Shown piece by piece: positions 13,879 to 24,453 of a DNA stretch of 64,000 nucleotides (within the stretch, counting starts at the first letter, position 1; each line of letters begins with the position of its first letter). Made by a program: the position numbers and the translations under genes. The DNA is taken from contig OZ244799.1 of assembly GCA_965219955.1 (NCBI GenBank), positions 3,776,001 through 3,840,000 of the forward strand, given 5' to 3'. The DNA is from a bacterium. Its GTDB lineage: Bacteria > UBA8248. Below the pieces are notes generated by a model. That model did not search any database. It saw only the letters and a list, made by a program, of their open reading frames with translations, and was not told the origin of the DNA.

Positions 13879-14784
13879 ATGAAAAGAACCTTAAGCGTTC
13901 TAGCTCTCGCCGTCGCACTGGTTGTCGCGGGGGCGCTGCCGGCCCAGGCGGCGATGAAGAAGCTCCGGTTCGGGGCATCCTTCTCGGGTCTGCATCACCC
14001 CGCCTACGCCACGGTTGCCAAGCACATGCGGATAGAGGCGAAGAAACAAGGCGTCGACATCATCATCACCGACAGCCAGGACAAGCTCGCCAAGCAGATC
14101 AACGATCTCGAAGACATGATCACCAAGGGCGTGGACGTGCTCTTCGTGAACACGGTATCGAAGGGAACCGAGCCCACCCTCAGAAAGGCTGCGGCCAAGG
14201 GCATCAAGGTCGTCGCCGTCCAGCGCTGGAACAGCGACCCCGCCGTGGTGCACTTCGTCGGCACCGACAACAAGGAGATGGGCCGCATCGGCGCCGAGTG
14301 GGTCGTCAAGCGCATGAAGGGCAAGGGCAACCTCGTCGTCATGTCGGGCATCCCCGGCGCCGCCTCCTCGGATGATCGCAAGACGGGTTCGGACGCCGTG
14401 TGGGCGAAGAACAAGGGCATCAAAGTCGTCGCCCACCAGACGGGCATGTACAACCGCGTCAAGGCGCTCGAGGTGATGGAGAACATCCTCCAGAAAAACA
14501 AGAAGATCGACTGGGTGTTCTGCTACAACGACTCGATGGCGATGGGCGTCTTGGGCGCCATCCGCGCCTCGGGCCGCAAGGGCATCAACGTCTTCGGCAT
14601 GGACGCCATCAAGGACGCGGTGCAGGCCATCAAGCGCGGCGAGATGACGGCCACCCTCGCCATTCCTTTCGACGAGGAGGGCCGCGTGTCCGTGCGCAAC
14701 GGCGTCAAGCTGGCAAAAGGCGAGAAGCTGCCCAAGTCCCACGTCATCCAGGCCTTCGTGATGACGAAGAGCAACGCGCCTTAA
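13879..14784 (+). CDS. sugar ABC transporter periplasmic binding protein (RbsB-like)
   Basis: signal peptide ending AQA; VGTDN, NDSMAMG, GMDA. Confidence 0.9.
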   Translation: MKRTLSVLALAVALVVAGALPAQAAMKKLRFGASFSGLHHPAYATVAKHMRIEAKKQGVDIIITDSQDKLAKQINDLEDMITKGVDVLFVNTVSKGTEPTLRKAAAKGIKVVAVQRWNSDPAVVHFVGTDNKEMGRIGAEWVVKRMKGKGNLVVMSGIPGAASSDDRKTGSDAVWAKNKGIKVVAHQTGMYNRVKALEVMENILQKNKKIDWVFCYNDSMAMGVLGAIRASGRKGINVFGMDAIKDAVQAIKRGEMTATLAIPFDEEGRVSVRNGVKLAKGEKLPKSHVIQAFVMTKSNAP

Positions 14785-14811
14785 GCGAGCGTTTCGTAGA
14801 GGCAGGGTTTG

Positions 14812-14853
14812 AAAAAAACCGGCGGCCGGCAAGGAACTGGCCGCCGGTTTTTT
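14812..14853. terminator. intrinsic terminator
   Basis: AAAAAAACCGGCGGCC...GGCCGCCGGTTTTTT. Confidence 0.8.
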
Positions 14854-14943
14854 CGGGCCGATGAAAGGAATGTGAGCGTCGATCCTTGCGAATGCGAGAA
14901 GAACAGCCCAAGACGCAGCTTCGAAAACCGCTCTCCCTTGAGG

Positions 14944-15483
14944 AGGTTGTTGAAAAAGCCCTCGTCGGGGGACATTGCCTTTGGAGGAAGGGCCGCTTTC
15001 GCGCAAACCCCCGACCTCCCCCCATAAAAGCAACCCCCCCTACCCCCCCTTGTCAGGGGGGCAAGAAAAAGCAAAGCCCCCTCAACCCGGCGGGGGCGCA
15101 TTGCCTTTTTATACCCCCCTGACAAGGGGGGGTAGGGGGGGTTGCTTTTTCAGTCGAGAGGAATGTCCCCTCTATCCCCTGAAAAAGCCCGCGTCTCACG
15201 GAATAGATCAACGCCGTCATTCCGGCGGAAGCCGGAATCCATTTTCAAGCGGAATGGCAATACGCCAGCATTTCATCTCCTCGTCATTAGCGGGAATCAA
15301 TCTGAAAATAAAAGCAAAGACAAAACAAATGGATTCCGTCGAATCCTCCCGCATTGGTCGGCTCCGACACCGGAATGACGAACAAAACCGAACTACCTCT
15401 TTGGGCCAGCTCGCGACCTGGCCCTGCGGTAAACAACTCGATGATCGGGATTCCCGCCCCCTGGAGACCTTTTCAACATCCCT
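14944..15483. repeat. composite palindromic repeat block bounded by GTTGTTGAAAAA-type ends
   Basis: contains a ~113-bp CCCCCCTACCCCCCCTTGTCAGGGGGG...CCCCCCTGACAAGGGGGGGTAGGGGGGG unit and GTCATTCCGG-type palindromes. Confidence 0.75.
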
Positions 15484-15608
15484 TCCTCGGTCGCGTTTGA
15501 CCCTCGAGGGGGAGTGGTTTTCGGGTATTTCCTCAACAGGGGCATTCCGCAACCCGCGAGTGATTTTTGGTGGCGTCTTGATGCAAAGAGGTTTATCTTA
15601 TAGAGGAG

Positions 15609-16139
15609 GTGCGCGTCCCGCGCCATGGGGTATCCTGGTCCCCGGCTGGGCGCGAGAGATCGAGCGAGACGGCAGGAGCCCCCTTTTCTCGGAGGATAGA
15701 GAGATTGTTCCCCATCCCATGGGAGGCGCGCAGCGACGCGGGCGTTTTCCTGTTCAACCAGGGGGAGTACTGGTGCGCGCACGAGGCGTGGGAGGGCATC
15801 TGGATGCACGCCGAGCCCGTCCCCAAGAAGTTCTACCAGGGTCTCATCCAGATTGCCGCGGGTTACGTGAAGCTCCAGCAGCGCCACCACAAGGGCGCGC
15901 TCGCCAATCTGAAAAAAGGCCTCGAGCGCTTCCGCGAAGTGGATGAGGCCGTGGGCGATCTCGACGTGCCGATTCTCTACAAGAAACTCGTGAACCAGTC
16001 GCGCGGTGTGCGCGTGAGCCTGCTCGATCAGGGCGAGGCCCGCGTGCTCGAGCGCGCGTGGGATTTATGGCCGAAGATCGAATACGCCGCCGACTCGAAG
16101 CAGGAAAAAGTTTCACACTCGCCGCCGGCGAAAGGATAA
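15609..16139 (+). CDS. DUF309 domain protein
   Basis: GVFLFNQGEYWCAHEAWEGIW...FYQGLIQIAAG; start uncertain. Confidence 0.8.
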   Translation: MRVPRHGVSWSPAGRERSSETAGAPFSRRIERLFPIPWEARSDAGVFLFNQGEYWCAHEAWEGIWMHAEPVPKKFYQGLIQIAAGYVKLQQRHHKGALANLKKGLERFREVDEAVGDLDVPILYKKLVNQSRGVRVSLLDQGEARVLERAWDLWPKIEYAADSKQEKVSHSPPAKG

Positions 16140-16144
16140 AAGAG

Positions 16145-16696
16145 ATGAAACGCCTTGCCGTTAGCCTCATGGTTCTGGTCTTCCTGAGCGGGTGCGCGGG
16201 GGTTCCGCTCAGCGATTCCCCGTTCCAGAGGATCACCCGCGCCCAGCCGAAGGATGTTTATCTGGTGTCCGTCAAGGCCGGACTTGTTCCCACGGATTTG
16301 CACGTGCCCTCTTCCATCGCCCCCGAAGCGTCCGAGGTGCGCGAAGCCGCCTGCAGGGGTTTGTCGTTTGCCCCCCGGTTTCGCTGCGTTCGGATGAACG
16401 ATGCCGGCAAGCCCCTGGAGAAGCCTGACTACATCGTTCAGATAGAATACGACTTGATCGATGAACGTTCTTTTCTCTCGCGCCGGTTCATCAGGTTCGT
16501 GCTCGTGAGCGGCGGCGACAGGGAACCGGACGAGGGAGACGACGTGGGCGATGCGGATTACGTCGTACAATGGAGTTTCCGGGTGCTCAAGTCCGGAGAG
16601 GCGAAGCCGGTGTTCCAGAGCGTATCCCGCGAAGAGGGTGTCGATACCTGGAGCTTCGACGTCGAGCAGTGGATGGAGCGCTATTTTTCGGAGTGA
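16145..16696 (+). CDS. hypothetical lipoprotein
   Basis: MKRLAVSLMVLVFLSGC lipobox; starts just after DUF309. Confidence 0.7.
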   Translation: MKRLAVSLMVLVFLSGCAGVPLSDSPFQRITRAQPKDVYLVSVKAGLVPTDLHVPSSIAPEASEVREAACRGLSFAPRFRCVRMNDAGKPLEKPDYIVQIEYDLIDERSFLSRRFIRFVLVSGGDREPDEGDDVGDADYVVQWSFRVLKSGEAKPVFQSVSREEGVDTWSFDVEQWMERYFSE

Positions 16697-16752
16697 ATTC
16701 GCGTCATTCGGCTTGCCGCATGAATATCCGCAGGGGCTGGTCTTCTCCTGAC

Positions 16753-16934
16753 AGCAGGGGCGGTTCGCGAACCGCCCACCTCCCTCTAAAACCACCCCCC
16801 CTACCCCCCCTTGTCAGGGGGGCATAAAAAGGCGATACGTCCCCGCCGGGCTGAGGGACTTTGCTTTTTCTTGCCCCCCTGACAAGGGGGGTAGGGGGGG
16901 TTGCTCCTTTGGCAAAGGCTTTTTCAACAGCCTC
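16753..16934. repeat. palindromic repeat block (REP-like + CCCCTTGTCAGGGG unit + TTTTTCAACAGCC end)
   Basis: inverted copy of the ~113-bp unit seen at 15031-15144. Confidence 0.75.
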
Positions 16935-17099
16935 CTACGGCTCCCTCTCTCGTAGATCGATATCGGATCCACGTCTTTGCCCCTTCGGGGTATGCGGTCC
17001 TTTTTATTCGCCCGAAAAAAACTTGACAATCCTGCTCCTCACTTTTACGACTGATCCATGACCCGGTGGCCCGGTATATCCACGAGGAGGTTCTTCTTC

Positions 17100-19625
17100 A
17101 TGCGCACGGTTCGAAAACATGTCGTTCATCTGATCTTGCTGATGCTCTTTCCGGCGATTTTCCTTGGAGGAGCGACAGACGCCGCGTCTGAGGAGAAGGG
17201 CGCAGGAGCGTCTGCGGCCGGCCATATTTCCCGTCCTGCGTCCGAGACCCCGCGCCCCGTCTCGGTGATCACGCGGCGCGACATCGAACTTTCGGGAGCC
17301 CGGAACGTGCGCGAACTGCTGCAGAGCCGACTGGCGTTCAACAGCTTTGGTCTCTACCGGCCATCCGTTGCGGGGAGCGGCCGACGCGTGGTTCTCGTCA
17401 ACGGCCGCCGTTCGTCCTATTCGGGTTTTGACGCCGAAGCGTTTCCCCTCTCGGCGATTGAGCGGATCGAGATACTGGGCGACAGCGCCGCCGCCCTGCA
17501 CGGCGGACACGCCATCGGCGGAGCGATCAACATCGTGCTCAGGCGGGATTTCAAGGGTTTCGAGGTCCAGGCCGGTACGGCGCGGCCGGGGCAGGCGGCC
17601 GCCGATTCCGAACATGGCAGCTTCGCGTGGGGAGGCGCGCTCGGGCGCGGACGCGCGGTGGTCGGCGTCGATGTCGTCCGGCGGGAAGAGATTCGCGACG
17701 CCGACAGGGATTACTCCCGCGGCACGTGGACGCCGGGCGGCTCGTTCGCCGATGCGCGGGATATATCGGTGGGCGGCAACACCGCCTTCATCACTCCGCC
17801 GGGTGGAAGCACGATTGCGAGGCCTCTCGGCGACTGCGAAGGGAGCGGCTACGTGGCCGGTCTCACCAATCCCATAGGCCATCCGGGCGTGGGCTGCGGC
17901 TTCGATTTCACCGCCCTCAAATGGCATATCGACTGGGAGCGTCTCGCGCGCGAGAGTCTGTTCCTGAGCGCCGGGCACCCGCTCGGCGAGAGCGCCGATA
18001 TCTATCTCGACGCGCGGTTCGCGCAAAGCGAAAGCACGCTCCTGTACGCTCCTTCGGTCGGCAGTTTCTCTTTCTCCCCTCCGCAATCACTCAGGGATAA
18101 ACTGCTTGGAGACCCCGGGATAGACGCGCTTCCTGAGGAGATCACCGTTGCCCATCGCTTCATCGGCCACGGCAACCGCGAATGGGTGACGGAGGTCGAA
18201 GGTCGGGACCTCACGCTCGGCGTTCGGGGCGAGTTGGGAGAGATCGGCTACGATGCGCACGTCCGCTACTACCTGCGCGATCTGAACGTGGACGGCAACA
18301 CCTTCGTGAGCGAGAGTGCTATTTCAAGAGTGATTGGCGACGGGCGGTACGACGTCGAAAACCCGTTTTCGACCGACCCGGCCCATCTGGCGGCGGTCCG
18401 GGAAACCAGCCTCACCCTCAAGCGGGAACAGACGGCCGAGTATACGGCAGCGCGGGCTTCGCTGAGCGGCAAGGCGTTCGCGCTCCCTGCGGGAAGCGTT
18501 CTTTGGGCGGCGGGTGCGGAAATCGCGTCCCAGGACTGGAAGAACATCCACGACTATCGGGACAGGAACGGGCGCTCCTACCCGGCGACCGACGTGCTCG
18601 GCTCCGGCGGAAGTTCGTCGGCCGGTGAGCGGCGGACCGTCTCGGCGTTTGGGGAAGTCTCGCTGCCGCTGGTCGAGGATTGGGACGTCACACTCGCCGG
18701 GCGGCATGACGATCACGACGACGTCGGCTCGACGTTCTCCGGCCAGGTCGCGAGCCGCTACCGGTTGAACAAGAATCTCGCGCTTCGCGCGTCCTGGGGG
18801 ACGGGCGGCGCGCCGCCGGCCCTGAGTGTTCTCCATTTGCGCGGCGAATCGGTCAGCTACCCGTACGTGTGCGACGTGAGTACGCACACCGGCGACCGCG
18901 CCGATTGCGACACGACACAAGTGGAGCACCGCTCGAGCGGCAATCCCGACCTCGATCCGGACGAAGCGGACAGCCTGAGCATCGGCGCCGCGGCGAGCGC
19001 GGGGCCTTTTTCATTGGGTATGGACTGGTTCCGGATCAACATCACCAACCAGCCGGCGGAACTCGCGGGACAGACCATCCTGGATCTCGAGGCGAAAGGG
19101 CAGTTGCCCTCCGGCGTGCGAGTCGTCCGCACCGGAGATCTCATCCGGCGGATCGAGGGTTCATGGTCCAATAGCGGAGAACGCGACATCGAGGGCATCA
19201 ACCTTCGCGCGCACGTCGACTGGAAGACCGATGCGCTGGATATGGACTTCGACCTGTGGTGGTCGCGCGTGACCGGGGATGAAATCCGGGTGGCCGGCGA
19301 GAAATCCCCCTACACCTTTCCGCGCGACCGTTTTCACGGGTCGTTCCGCCTGAGCCGGGGCCGCGTGACGGCCAACTGGAGCCTTTACGGGGTTTCGGAG
19401 TATTGGAATACGGACAGAACCGACCGCTACGGAGAGTGGGTGGGCCACGACATCACGCTGGGCTGGCGCAAGGCGTTCGGCATGCGGGGGCTGGAGCTCA
19501 TCGGCGGGGTCCTGAATGTCGCCGACCGCGGGCCGTCCATCGCCGATGAAGTCCCGGCTCTGACTTTCGCCTCCGCCCGGGGCCGCACGCTGTTCGTAAA
19601 CGCCAGGTACACCTTCGGGCATTGA
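17100..19625 (+). CDS. TonB-dependent outer-membrane receptor
   Basis: signal peptide; plug motifs PVSVITRRDI, VLVNGRR, IERIEIL, GGAINIV; C-terminal ARYTF; GAGGAGG before ATG 17100. Confidence 0.9.
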   Translation: MRTVRKHVVHLILLMLFPAIFLGGATDAASEEKGAGASAAGHISRPASETPRPVSVITRRDIELSGARNVRELLQSRLAFNSFGLYRPSVAGSGRRVVLVNGRRSSYSGFDAEAFPLSAIERIEILGDSAAALHGGHAIGGAINIVLRRDFKGFEVQAGTARPGQAAADSEHGSFAWGGALGRGRAVVGVDVVRREEIRDADRDYSRGTWTPGGSFADARDISVGGNTAFITPPGGSTIARPLGDCEGSGYVAGLTNPIGHPGVGCGFDFTALKWHIDWERLARESLFLSAGHPLGESADIYLDARFAQSESTLLYAPSVGSFSFSPPQSLRDKLLGDPGIDALPEEITVAHRFIGHGNREWVTEVEGRDLTLGVRGELGEIGYDAHVRYYLRDLNVDGNTFVSESAISRVIGDGRYDVENPFSTDPAHLAAVRETSLTLKREQTAEYTAARASLSGKAFALPAGSVLWAAGAEIASQDWKNIHDYRDRNGRSYPATDVLGSGGSSSAGERRTVSAFGEVSLPLVEDWDVTLAGRHDDHDDVGSTFSGQVASRYRLNKNLALRASWGTGGAPPALSVLHLRGESVSYPYVCDVSTHTGDRADCDTTQVEHRSSGNPDLDPDEADSLSIGAAASAGPFSLGMDWFRINITNQPAELAGQTILDLEAKGQLPSGVRVVRTGDLIRRIEGSWSNSGERDIEGINLRAHVDWKTDALDMDFDLWWSRVTGDEIRVAGEKSPYTFPRDRFHGSFRLSRGRVTANWSLYGVSEYWNTDRTDRYGEWVGHDITLGWRKAFGMRGLELIGGVLNVADRGPSIADEVPALTFASARGRTLFVNARYTFGH

Positions 19626-19665
19626 GGGGAACCCTGCCAAAGCGCGGTGATACGGCGCGAGTTGC

Positions 19666-20670
19666 TCAGACGGTTTTCCCGGGCTTGTTCACCGGGTACC
19701 TGGGCTTCCTGCCGCTCATGACGCGGGCGATGTCCTCGCCGGCCCATGAGGCGATGGCTTCGAGGCACTCGTGCGTGGAACCCGCCATGTGCGGCGTGAG
19801 AATGAGGTTGGGCGCATCGAAGATGGCGCTTTTCGGATCCGGCGGTTCGCCTTCCAATACGTCGAGGGCCGCCCCGCCGATGTGGCCGCCTTTGAGTGCG
19901 CGGGCGAGCGCCGCCTCATCCACCAGCGGACCTCTCGCGGCGTTTATGACAAACACGCCTTTTTTCATTTTCGAGATCGCTCGCGCATCTATCAGATGAT
20001 GGGTATTCGGCGTGAGCGGCGCGTGGAGGGAGATGAAGTCGGCCCGGGCGAGCAAGGTATCGAATCGCGCCGGTCTCGCCCCGCGCGCCTTGATCTCTTC
20101 GCTCTCGAGGCCGGGGTCGTGGGCGAGAATCCTCATGCCCATAGCGAGCGCCATCTCCGTGAGCCGGCTCCCCACCTGCCCGATGCCGATGAGGCCCAGC
20201 GTCTTGCCCCTGAGTTCGGTTCCCGTGTGGCGCGCCTCGCCCCATATCCGCTCCGCCCCCACGCGGGAGGCTGCCTGGGGAATGCGCCTGGCTGCTGAGA
20301 GCATCAACCCCAGCGTCAGTTCGGCCACGGCGTTCGCGTTGGCCCCCGGCGCGTTGGTGACGAGTACGCCGCGTTCCGTGCAGGCCGCCACGTCGACCTG
20401 ATCGACACCCGCGCCGTGCACGGCCACGACCCGCAGATCCGGCAGCAGCGCGAGCAGAGAGGCGGTAATATAGCCCGGGCGCAGCAGGATTCCTTCCGCG
20501 CCTTTCAGTTTCCCGGCGAAGGCGGCCTCTTCTTCTTCGTTCAGGGGCCTGAAGGGCAGCGCCACGGCGCGAACCGGCGCGACGCCGGCCATCGCCTTTT
20601 TCACGGGCGCCATGGCGACTGGAAGATCGGGTGTGGAGGTGACGGCGGCCCAGCGTTTTTTCGAGGGCAT
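19666..20670 (-). CDS. D-isomer-specific 2-hydroxyacid dehydrogenase (SerA-like)
   Basis: GLIGIGQVG, SLHAPLT, INAARG, ALDVLEGEPP, LTPHMAG; start set at ATG 20670, just after the upstream gene. Confidence 0.88.
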   Translation of the reverse strand: MPSKKRWAAVTSTPDLPVAMAPVKKAMAGVAPVRAVALPFRPLNEEEEAAFAGKLKGAEGILLRPGYITASLLALLPDLRVVAVHGAGVDQVDVAACTERGVLVTNAPGANANAVAELTLGLMLSAARRIPQAASRVGAERIWGEARHTGTELRGKTLGLIGIGQVGSRLTEMALAMGMRILAHDPGLESEEIKARGARPARFDTLLARADFISLHAPLTPNTHHLIDARAISKMKKGVFVINAARGPLVDEAALARALKGGHIGGAALDVLEGEPPDPKSAIFDAPNLILTPHMAGSTHECLEAIASWAGEDIARVMSGRKPRYPVNKPGKTV

Positions 20671-20678
20671 CGGACAGG

Positions 20679-22340
20679 CTACATGTCGACGGCGGTAAAC
20701 TCGCCGTCGTAGTTGTATTCGGCTCTGGCTTTTTGAACGGAAAGCAGCCCCTCTTGCAGGTCGTGCTCGATGGCGTAGAAGGATCGGTCCTTCGGGTCGC
20801 CGTATCCGCCTCCGCTCGGCACTTCCAGCACGAGCCTGTCGCTCTGGTTCATGACCCATTGGCGCTTGGGGTTGATGGGGCGTCCGTTCAGGGTCACCTT
20901 GCCGACGCGCCCGTTTTTCCCGCCGAACAAACCATAGGCGGGGTGCCGGGTTCGCTCGCTCATGAACGTGAGGAGAATCGGTCCGTCGGAGAGCGATTTC
21001 ACGATGACCTGCTGGCCGTTGCCGCCCGCGTATTTCCCCGATCCGCCGCTGTCTCTGATGGAGGCTTTCCTCTCCACCAGCAACGGCACGAGATGCTCGA
21101 GGATTTCGATGGGCGTGTTCGACGTGTTCGAGGGGAAATCGAGACATACGCGTCCATCGTGCCTGTCCGTCGCGCCTTGCCCTCCGTGCAGGAAGAAGTT
21201 GCCGGCGAAGCGCTTGTTCTCCTTCGTGATGCCCGCCGCGTTGATGGCCCATGTGGGGCTGCCGCTGGCCGCCTGCACGAGATTGGGAACCGCTTTGCAC
21301 AACGCGCCGAAAATGGACGAAGGAATGAAATGCCCCACCATGGAGCGGCCGTTCACGGGGGCCGGATAACGCGGATTCAGTATGCTGCCCTCGGGGGCCG
21401 ATACCGTCACGGGCCGGAAGTTGCCCTCGTTGTTGGGAATCTGCGGACAGAACAGGCATTTGAGCGAATAGGCGGAATAGGAATAGACGTAGCTCAAAAC
21501 GGCGTTCAGGCCGCGGTCGACCTGTGGGGACGAGCCCGTGTAATCCACCAGAATGCTGCTGCCGCGAACCTTGACCTCCACGCGGATAACAAGCGGCTCG
21601 TCATACCCGTCCGTGGATACCTGAAAGCGGTATTCCCCGTCTTCCACTTTCTTGATCGCCTCGCGCATCGCGTTTTCGGAGCGCTGGAAGATGGTGGTGG
21701 CGGGCGCTTCGAGGTCGGCGAGTTTGTATTCTTCGAGCATCTCGCCGATGCGCTGGGCGGCGAGCCTCCCGGCGGACATATGGGAGATCAGATCTCCTTC
21801 CACCTGGTTCGGCACGCGCACGTTTTTCCTGATGATGCGCAGAATATCCTCGTTGATCTGGCCCGCCGACATGTATTTGCAGGGCGGGAGCTGGAGGCCT
21901 TCCTCGTAAATCTCGCGCACCTCGGGGGATCTGAGTTTCCCGCCCATGTCCGTTACCTGGGTGGTGATGCCGATGAGGGAGACCAGCTTCGATTTGTAGA
22001 ACACCGGCGTGAGGGAAGTGATATCCTGCAGGTGGCCGGTTCCCATCCAGGGGTCGTTCGTGAGAATGAGATCATCCGGCTTGAGCGTTTCCTGCGGGAA
22101 AATCTGCAGAAGTTTCTTGGCCGTGATCGGCAACGCGCCCACGAAGCTGGGCATGGTGGACCGGGCTTGCGCGATGGACTGTCCGGCCGGATTCAATATG
22201 ATGACGGCGAAGTTTCTCGATTCGCGTATGGTCGTGGAAAAGGCGGTGCGGACGATCTCGGTGGCCGCTTCTTCGGCGATGGCGATGAATCGGTTCCAGA
22301 GGACTTCCAAGGTAATTGAATCGATACCCTTGCGGGCCAT
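20679..22340 (-). CDS. hydantoinase B / oxoprolinase family protein
   Basis: RTAFSTTIRES, NDPWMGTGHLQD, EIYEEGL, NTPIE, DSGGSG, GGGYGDP. Confidence 0.92.
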   Translation of the reverse strand: MARKGIDSITLEVLWNRFIAIAEEAATEIVRTAFSTTIRESRNFAVIILNPAGQSIAQARSTMPSFVGALPITAKKLLQIFPQETLKPDDLILTNDPWMGTGHLQDITSLTPVFYKSKLVSLIGITTQVTDMGGKLRSPEVREIYEEGLQLPPCKYMSAGQINEDILRIIRKNVRVPNQVEGDLISHMSAGRLAAQRIGEMLEEYKLADLEAPATTIFQRSENAMREAIKKVEDGEYRFQVSTDGYDEPLVIRVEVKVRGSSILVDYTGSSPQVDRGLNAVLSYVYSYSAYSLKCLFCPQIPNNEGNFRPVTVSAPEGSILNPRYPAPVNGRSMVGHFIPSSIFGALCKAVPNLVQAASGSPTWAINAAGITKENKRFAGNFFLHGGQGATDRHDGRVCLDFPSNTSNTPIEILEHLVPLLVERKASIRDSGGSGKYAGGNGQQVIVKSLSDGPILLTFMSERTRHPAYGLFGGKNGRVGKVTLNGRPINPKRQWVMNQSDRLVLEVPSGGGYGDPKDRSFYAIEHDLQEGLLSVQKARAEYNYDGEFTAVDM

Positions 22341-22353
22341 GTTTGAATCTCTC

Positions 22354-24453
22354 CTAGAGTTCGATGATCAGGTTCTGGAATTTGTCGACCTGGAAGTTCG
22401 AGCGCGGCCCGATGACGGTCGTCGTCATCCTCTCTTCTATCAAAGCCGGTCCCTTGAACTTCTGGCCCGGTTTCAAGAGATAGCGGTCGAAGATATTTAC
22501 TTTCCGGAAACCCTTGTTCTCCGGCATGAAGATGCGCCGGTTGCCCTTCAGGGCGTTTTTTACGTCCGTTTCGGGCAGGTTCGAGAAATCGAAGCTCACG
22601 TTGGGTTCCGGCCCCAGACCGAAGATTCGCCAACTGAACACCTGGAGCGGCACCTCGTCGATGGCGCGTCCGTGAGCCGAGGCGTAGTGCTCGCGGTAGG
22701 TTTCGCTGATTTCCCCGAAGTGGTTCCGCGTCAGTTTTCCGCTCGGGATGGGAATGGTGAGCGGAAAACCCTGGCCCTCGAAGCTGATGTCCGCCATACG
22801 CTGAATCCGTATTTCGCGCTCCCTCACTCCGGCGGCGGTGAGGACTTCGCGAAGCCGCTTTTCCCGCCGGGTGAGCGTATCGTTCAGCTTGCTGAGGTTC
22901 ACGTCTTCGAGCGCCATTACCTGGCTGTCCACGGTGTCCACCTTGAAGGGGACGGTGTGGAGCCCGAGGCTCGAGGCCAGGCCTGCGCCCGGCGGGCAGA
23001 CGATGCGCTTGAGCCCCACCTTGCGCGCCAGCCGGAAAGCGTGAACGGGGCCGGCGCCGCCGGTGGCCATGAGCGTGAAGTTGCGGGGGTCTTTTCCGCG
23101 TTCCGAGAGCTTGATGCGCGCGGCGGCGGCCATGGTTTCGTTCACCAGTTCATGAATGCCCCACGCCGCCTGGATCTCTTCGATCTTCATCGGCTCGGCG
23201 ATTTTGGTGCGTATGGCCTCGGATGCCGCTTCGGGGAAAACCGGCATCTCGCCGCCCAGGAAGTAATCGGAATTGATGTAGCCGAGAAGCAGGTTGGCGT
23301 CGGTCACCGTGGGTTCTTCTCCGCCCAGTCCGTAGCAGGCGGGCCCGGGGGATGCCCCCTGGCTCTCGGGACCGACCTTGAGCAATCCCAGATCATCGAT
23401 TCGCGCGATGCTGCCTCCGCCGGCGCCGACTTCGATGAGATCGATGCACGGCACCTGGATGGGCATCCCGCTGCCTTTGGTGAAGCGCTTGACGCGCGCA
23501 ATCTCGAATTGAACGGAAAGGTGAGGTTCGCCGTTCTCGATGATGCAGGATTTGGCGGTGGTGCCGCCCATGTCGAATGCGATGAGATTTTCGAATCCGC
23601 CGAGTTTCCCGAAATAGGCCGAGGAAAGCGCTCCCGCCGCGGGCCCCGACTCGAACATGCGTATGGGGCTGCGCCCGGCGGATTGCGCCGTGGCGATGCC
23701 GCCGTTCGACAGCATGATATAGAGCGAGACGTTTTCGAGGTTGACTTCCAGGTCTTCGAGATACCTCGAGACGATCGGCTGAATGTAGGCGTTGGCCACC
23801 GTGGTGGACGTTCGTTCGTATTCCCTGATTTCCGGGCAAACCTGGGAGGAGAGGCTGAAGCTCACATCGGGGAACGATTGCGCTATCGCTTCGCCGACCT
23901 CGGTTTCATGCGCCGGATTGGCATAGGAGTGCAAAAGGCAAACCGCTATGGACTCCGCCCCTTTTTCGACGAGTTCCTGAATCGTTACCTTCACCTCCTG
24001 GGTGCTCAGAGGCTGCAGGATTTCTCCGGCCGCGGAAATCCGCTCGGTCAATTCGCGGCGAAAAGGCCCGGAGACCAGGGGGTCCGGGAATTCAGGGACG
24101 ATGTCGTAGATGTCATACCTGGATTCACGGCCCATCAACAGGATGTCGGCGAATCCCTTCGTGGCGAGGAGGCCCGTGGCCGCTCCTTTTTTCTCGATGA
24201 TCGCGTTGGTGGCGAGGGTGGTCGCGTGAATCGCCTGGCCGAGGTCGCGGAACCGCAGGCTTTCCTCGTCGAGCAGCGTCCGCAGACCCGCGAGCGCCCC
24301 GATGGAAGGGTCGTTCGGCGTCGTGAGATACTTGCCCACCGAGGTTTTTCCGTTCGATGGATTATAAATCGCGATGTCGGTGAACGTACCGCCGATGTCA
24401 ATCGCGGCGATGATTCGTTTTCTGGATGTGGTGGATGATGCGGATTTGGCCAT
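22354..24453 (-). CDS. hydantoinase A / oxoprolinase family protein
   Basis: IDIGGTFTD, HATTLATNA, EYERTST, ESGPAAG, DMGGTT, GAGGGSIA, PTVTDAN. Confidence 0.93.
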   Translation of the reverse strand: MAKSASSTTSRKRIIAAIDIGGTFTDIAIYNPSNGKTSVGKYLTTPNDPSIGALAGLRTLLDEESLRFRDLGQAIHATTLATNAIIEKKGAATGLLATKGFADILLMGRESRYDIYDIVPEFPDPLVSGPFRRELTERISAAGEILQPLSTQEVKVTIQELVEKGAESIAVCLLHSYANPAHETEVGEAIAQSFPDVSFSLSSQVCPEIREYERTSTTVANAYIQPIVSRYLEDLEVNLENVSLYIMLSNGGIATAQSAGRSPIRMFESGPAAGALSSAYFGKLGGFENLIAFDMGGTTAKSCIIENGEPHLSVQFEIARVKRFTKGSGMPIQVPCIDLIEVGAGGGSIARIDDLGLLKVGPESQGASPGPACYGLGGEEPTVTDANLLLGYINSDYFLGGEMPVFPEAASEAIRTKIAEPMKIEEIQAAWGIHELVNETMAAAARIKLSERGKDPRNFTLMATGGAGPVHAFRLARKVGLKRIVCPPGAGLASSLGLHTVPFKVDTVDSQVMALEDVNLSKLNDTLTRREKRLREVLTAAGVREREIRIQRMADISFEGQGFPLTIPIPSGKLTRNHFGEISETYREHYASAHGRAIDEVPLQVFSWRIFGLGPEPNVSFDFSNLPETDVKNALKGNRRIFMPENKGFRKVNIFDRYLLKPGQKFKGPALIEERMTTTVIGPRSNFQVDKFQNLIIEL

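Noticed and set aside
14975-15946. ORFs containing NPPYPPLSGG or VIPAKAGIH peptides (also 9625-9939, 31491-32411, 51822-52442, 54127-54771, 59487-60965)
   Set aside because: These are translations of the palindromic repeats and lack RBS or domain support.
20671-21459. N-terminal extension of the 597-aa dehydrogenase ORF
   Set aside because: It overlaps the hydantoinase B gene in another frame; the recognisable domain starts near 20670.
22009-24438. Long antisense ORFs (also 1190-2782, 20733-22319, 45387-47648, 48285-50417, 56287-57768)
   Set aside because: Shadow frames opposite well-supported genes, expected in high-GC DNA; no recognisable motifs.
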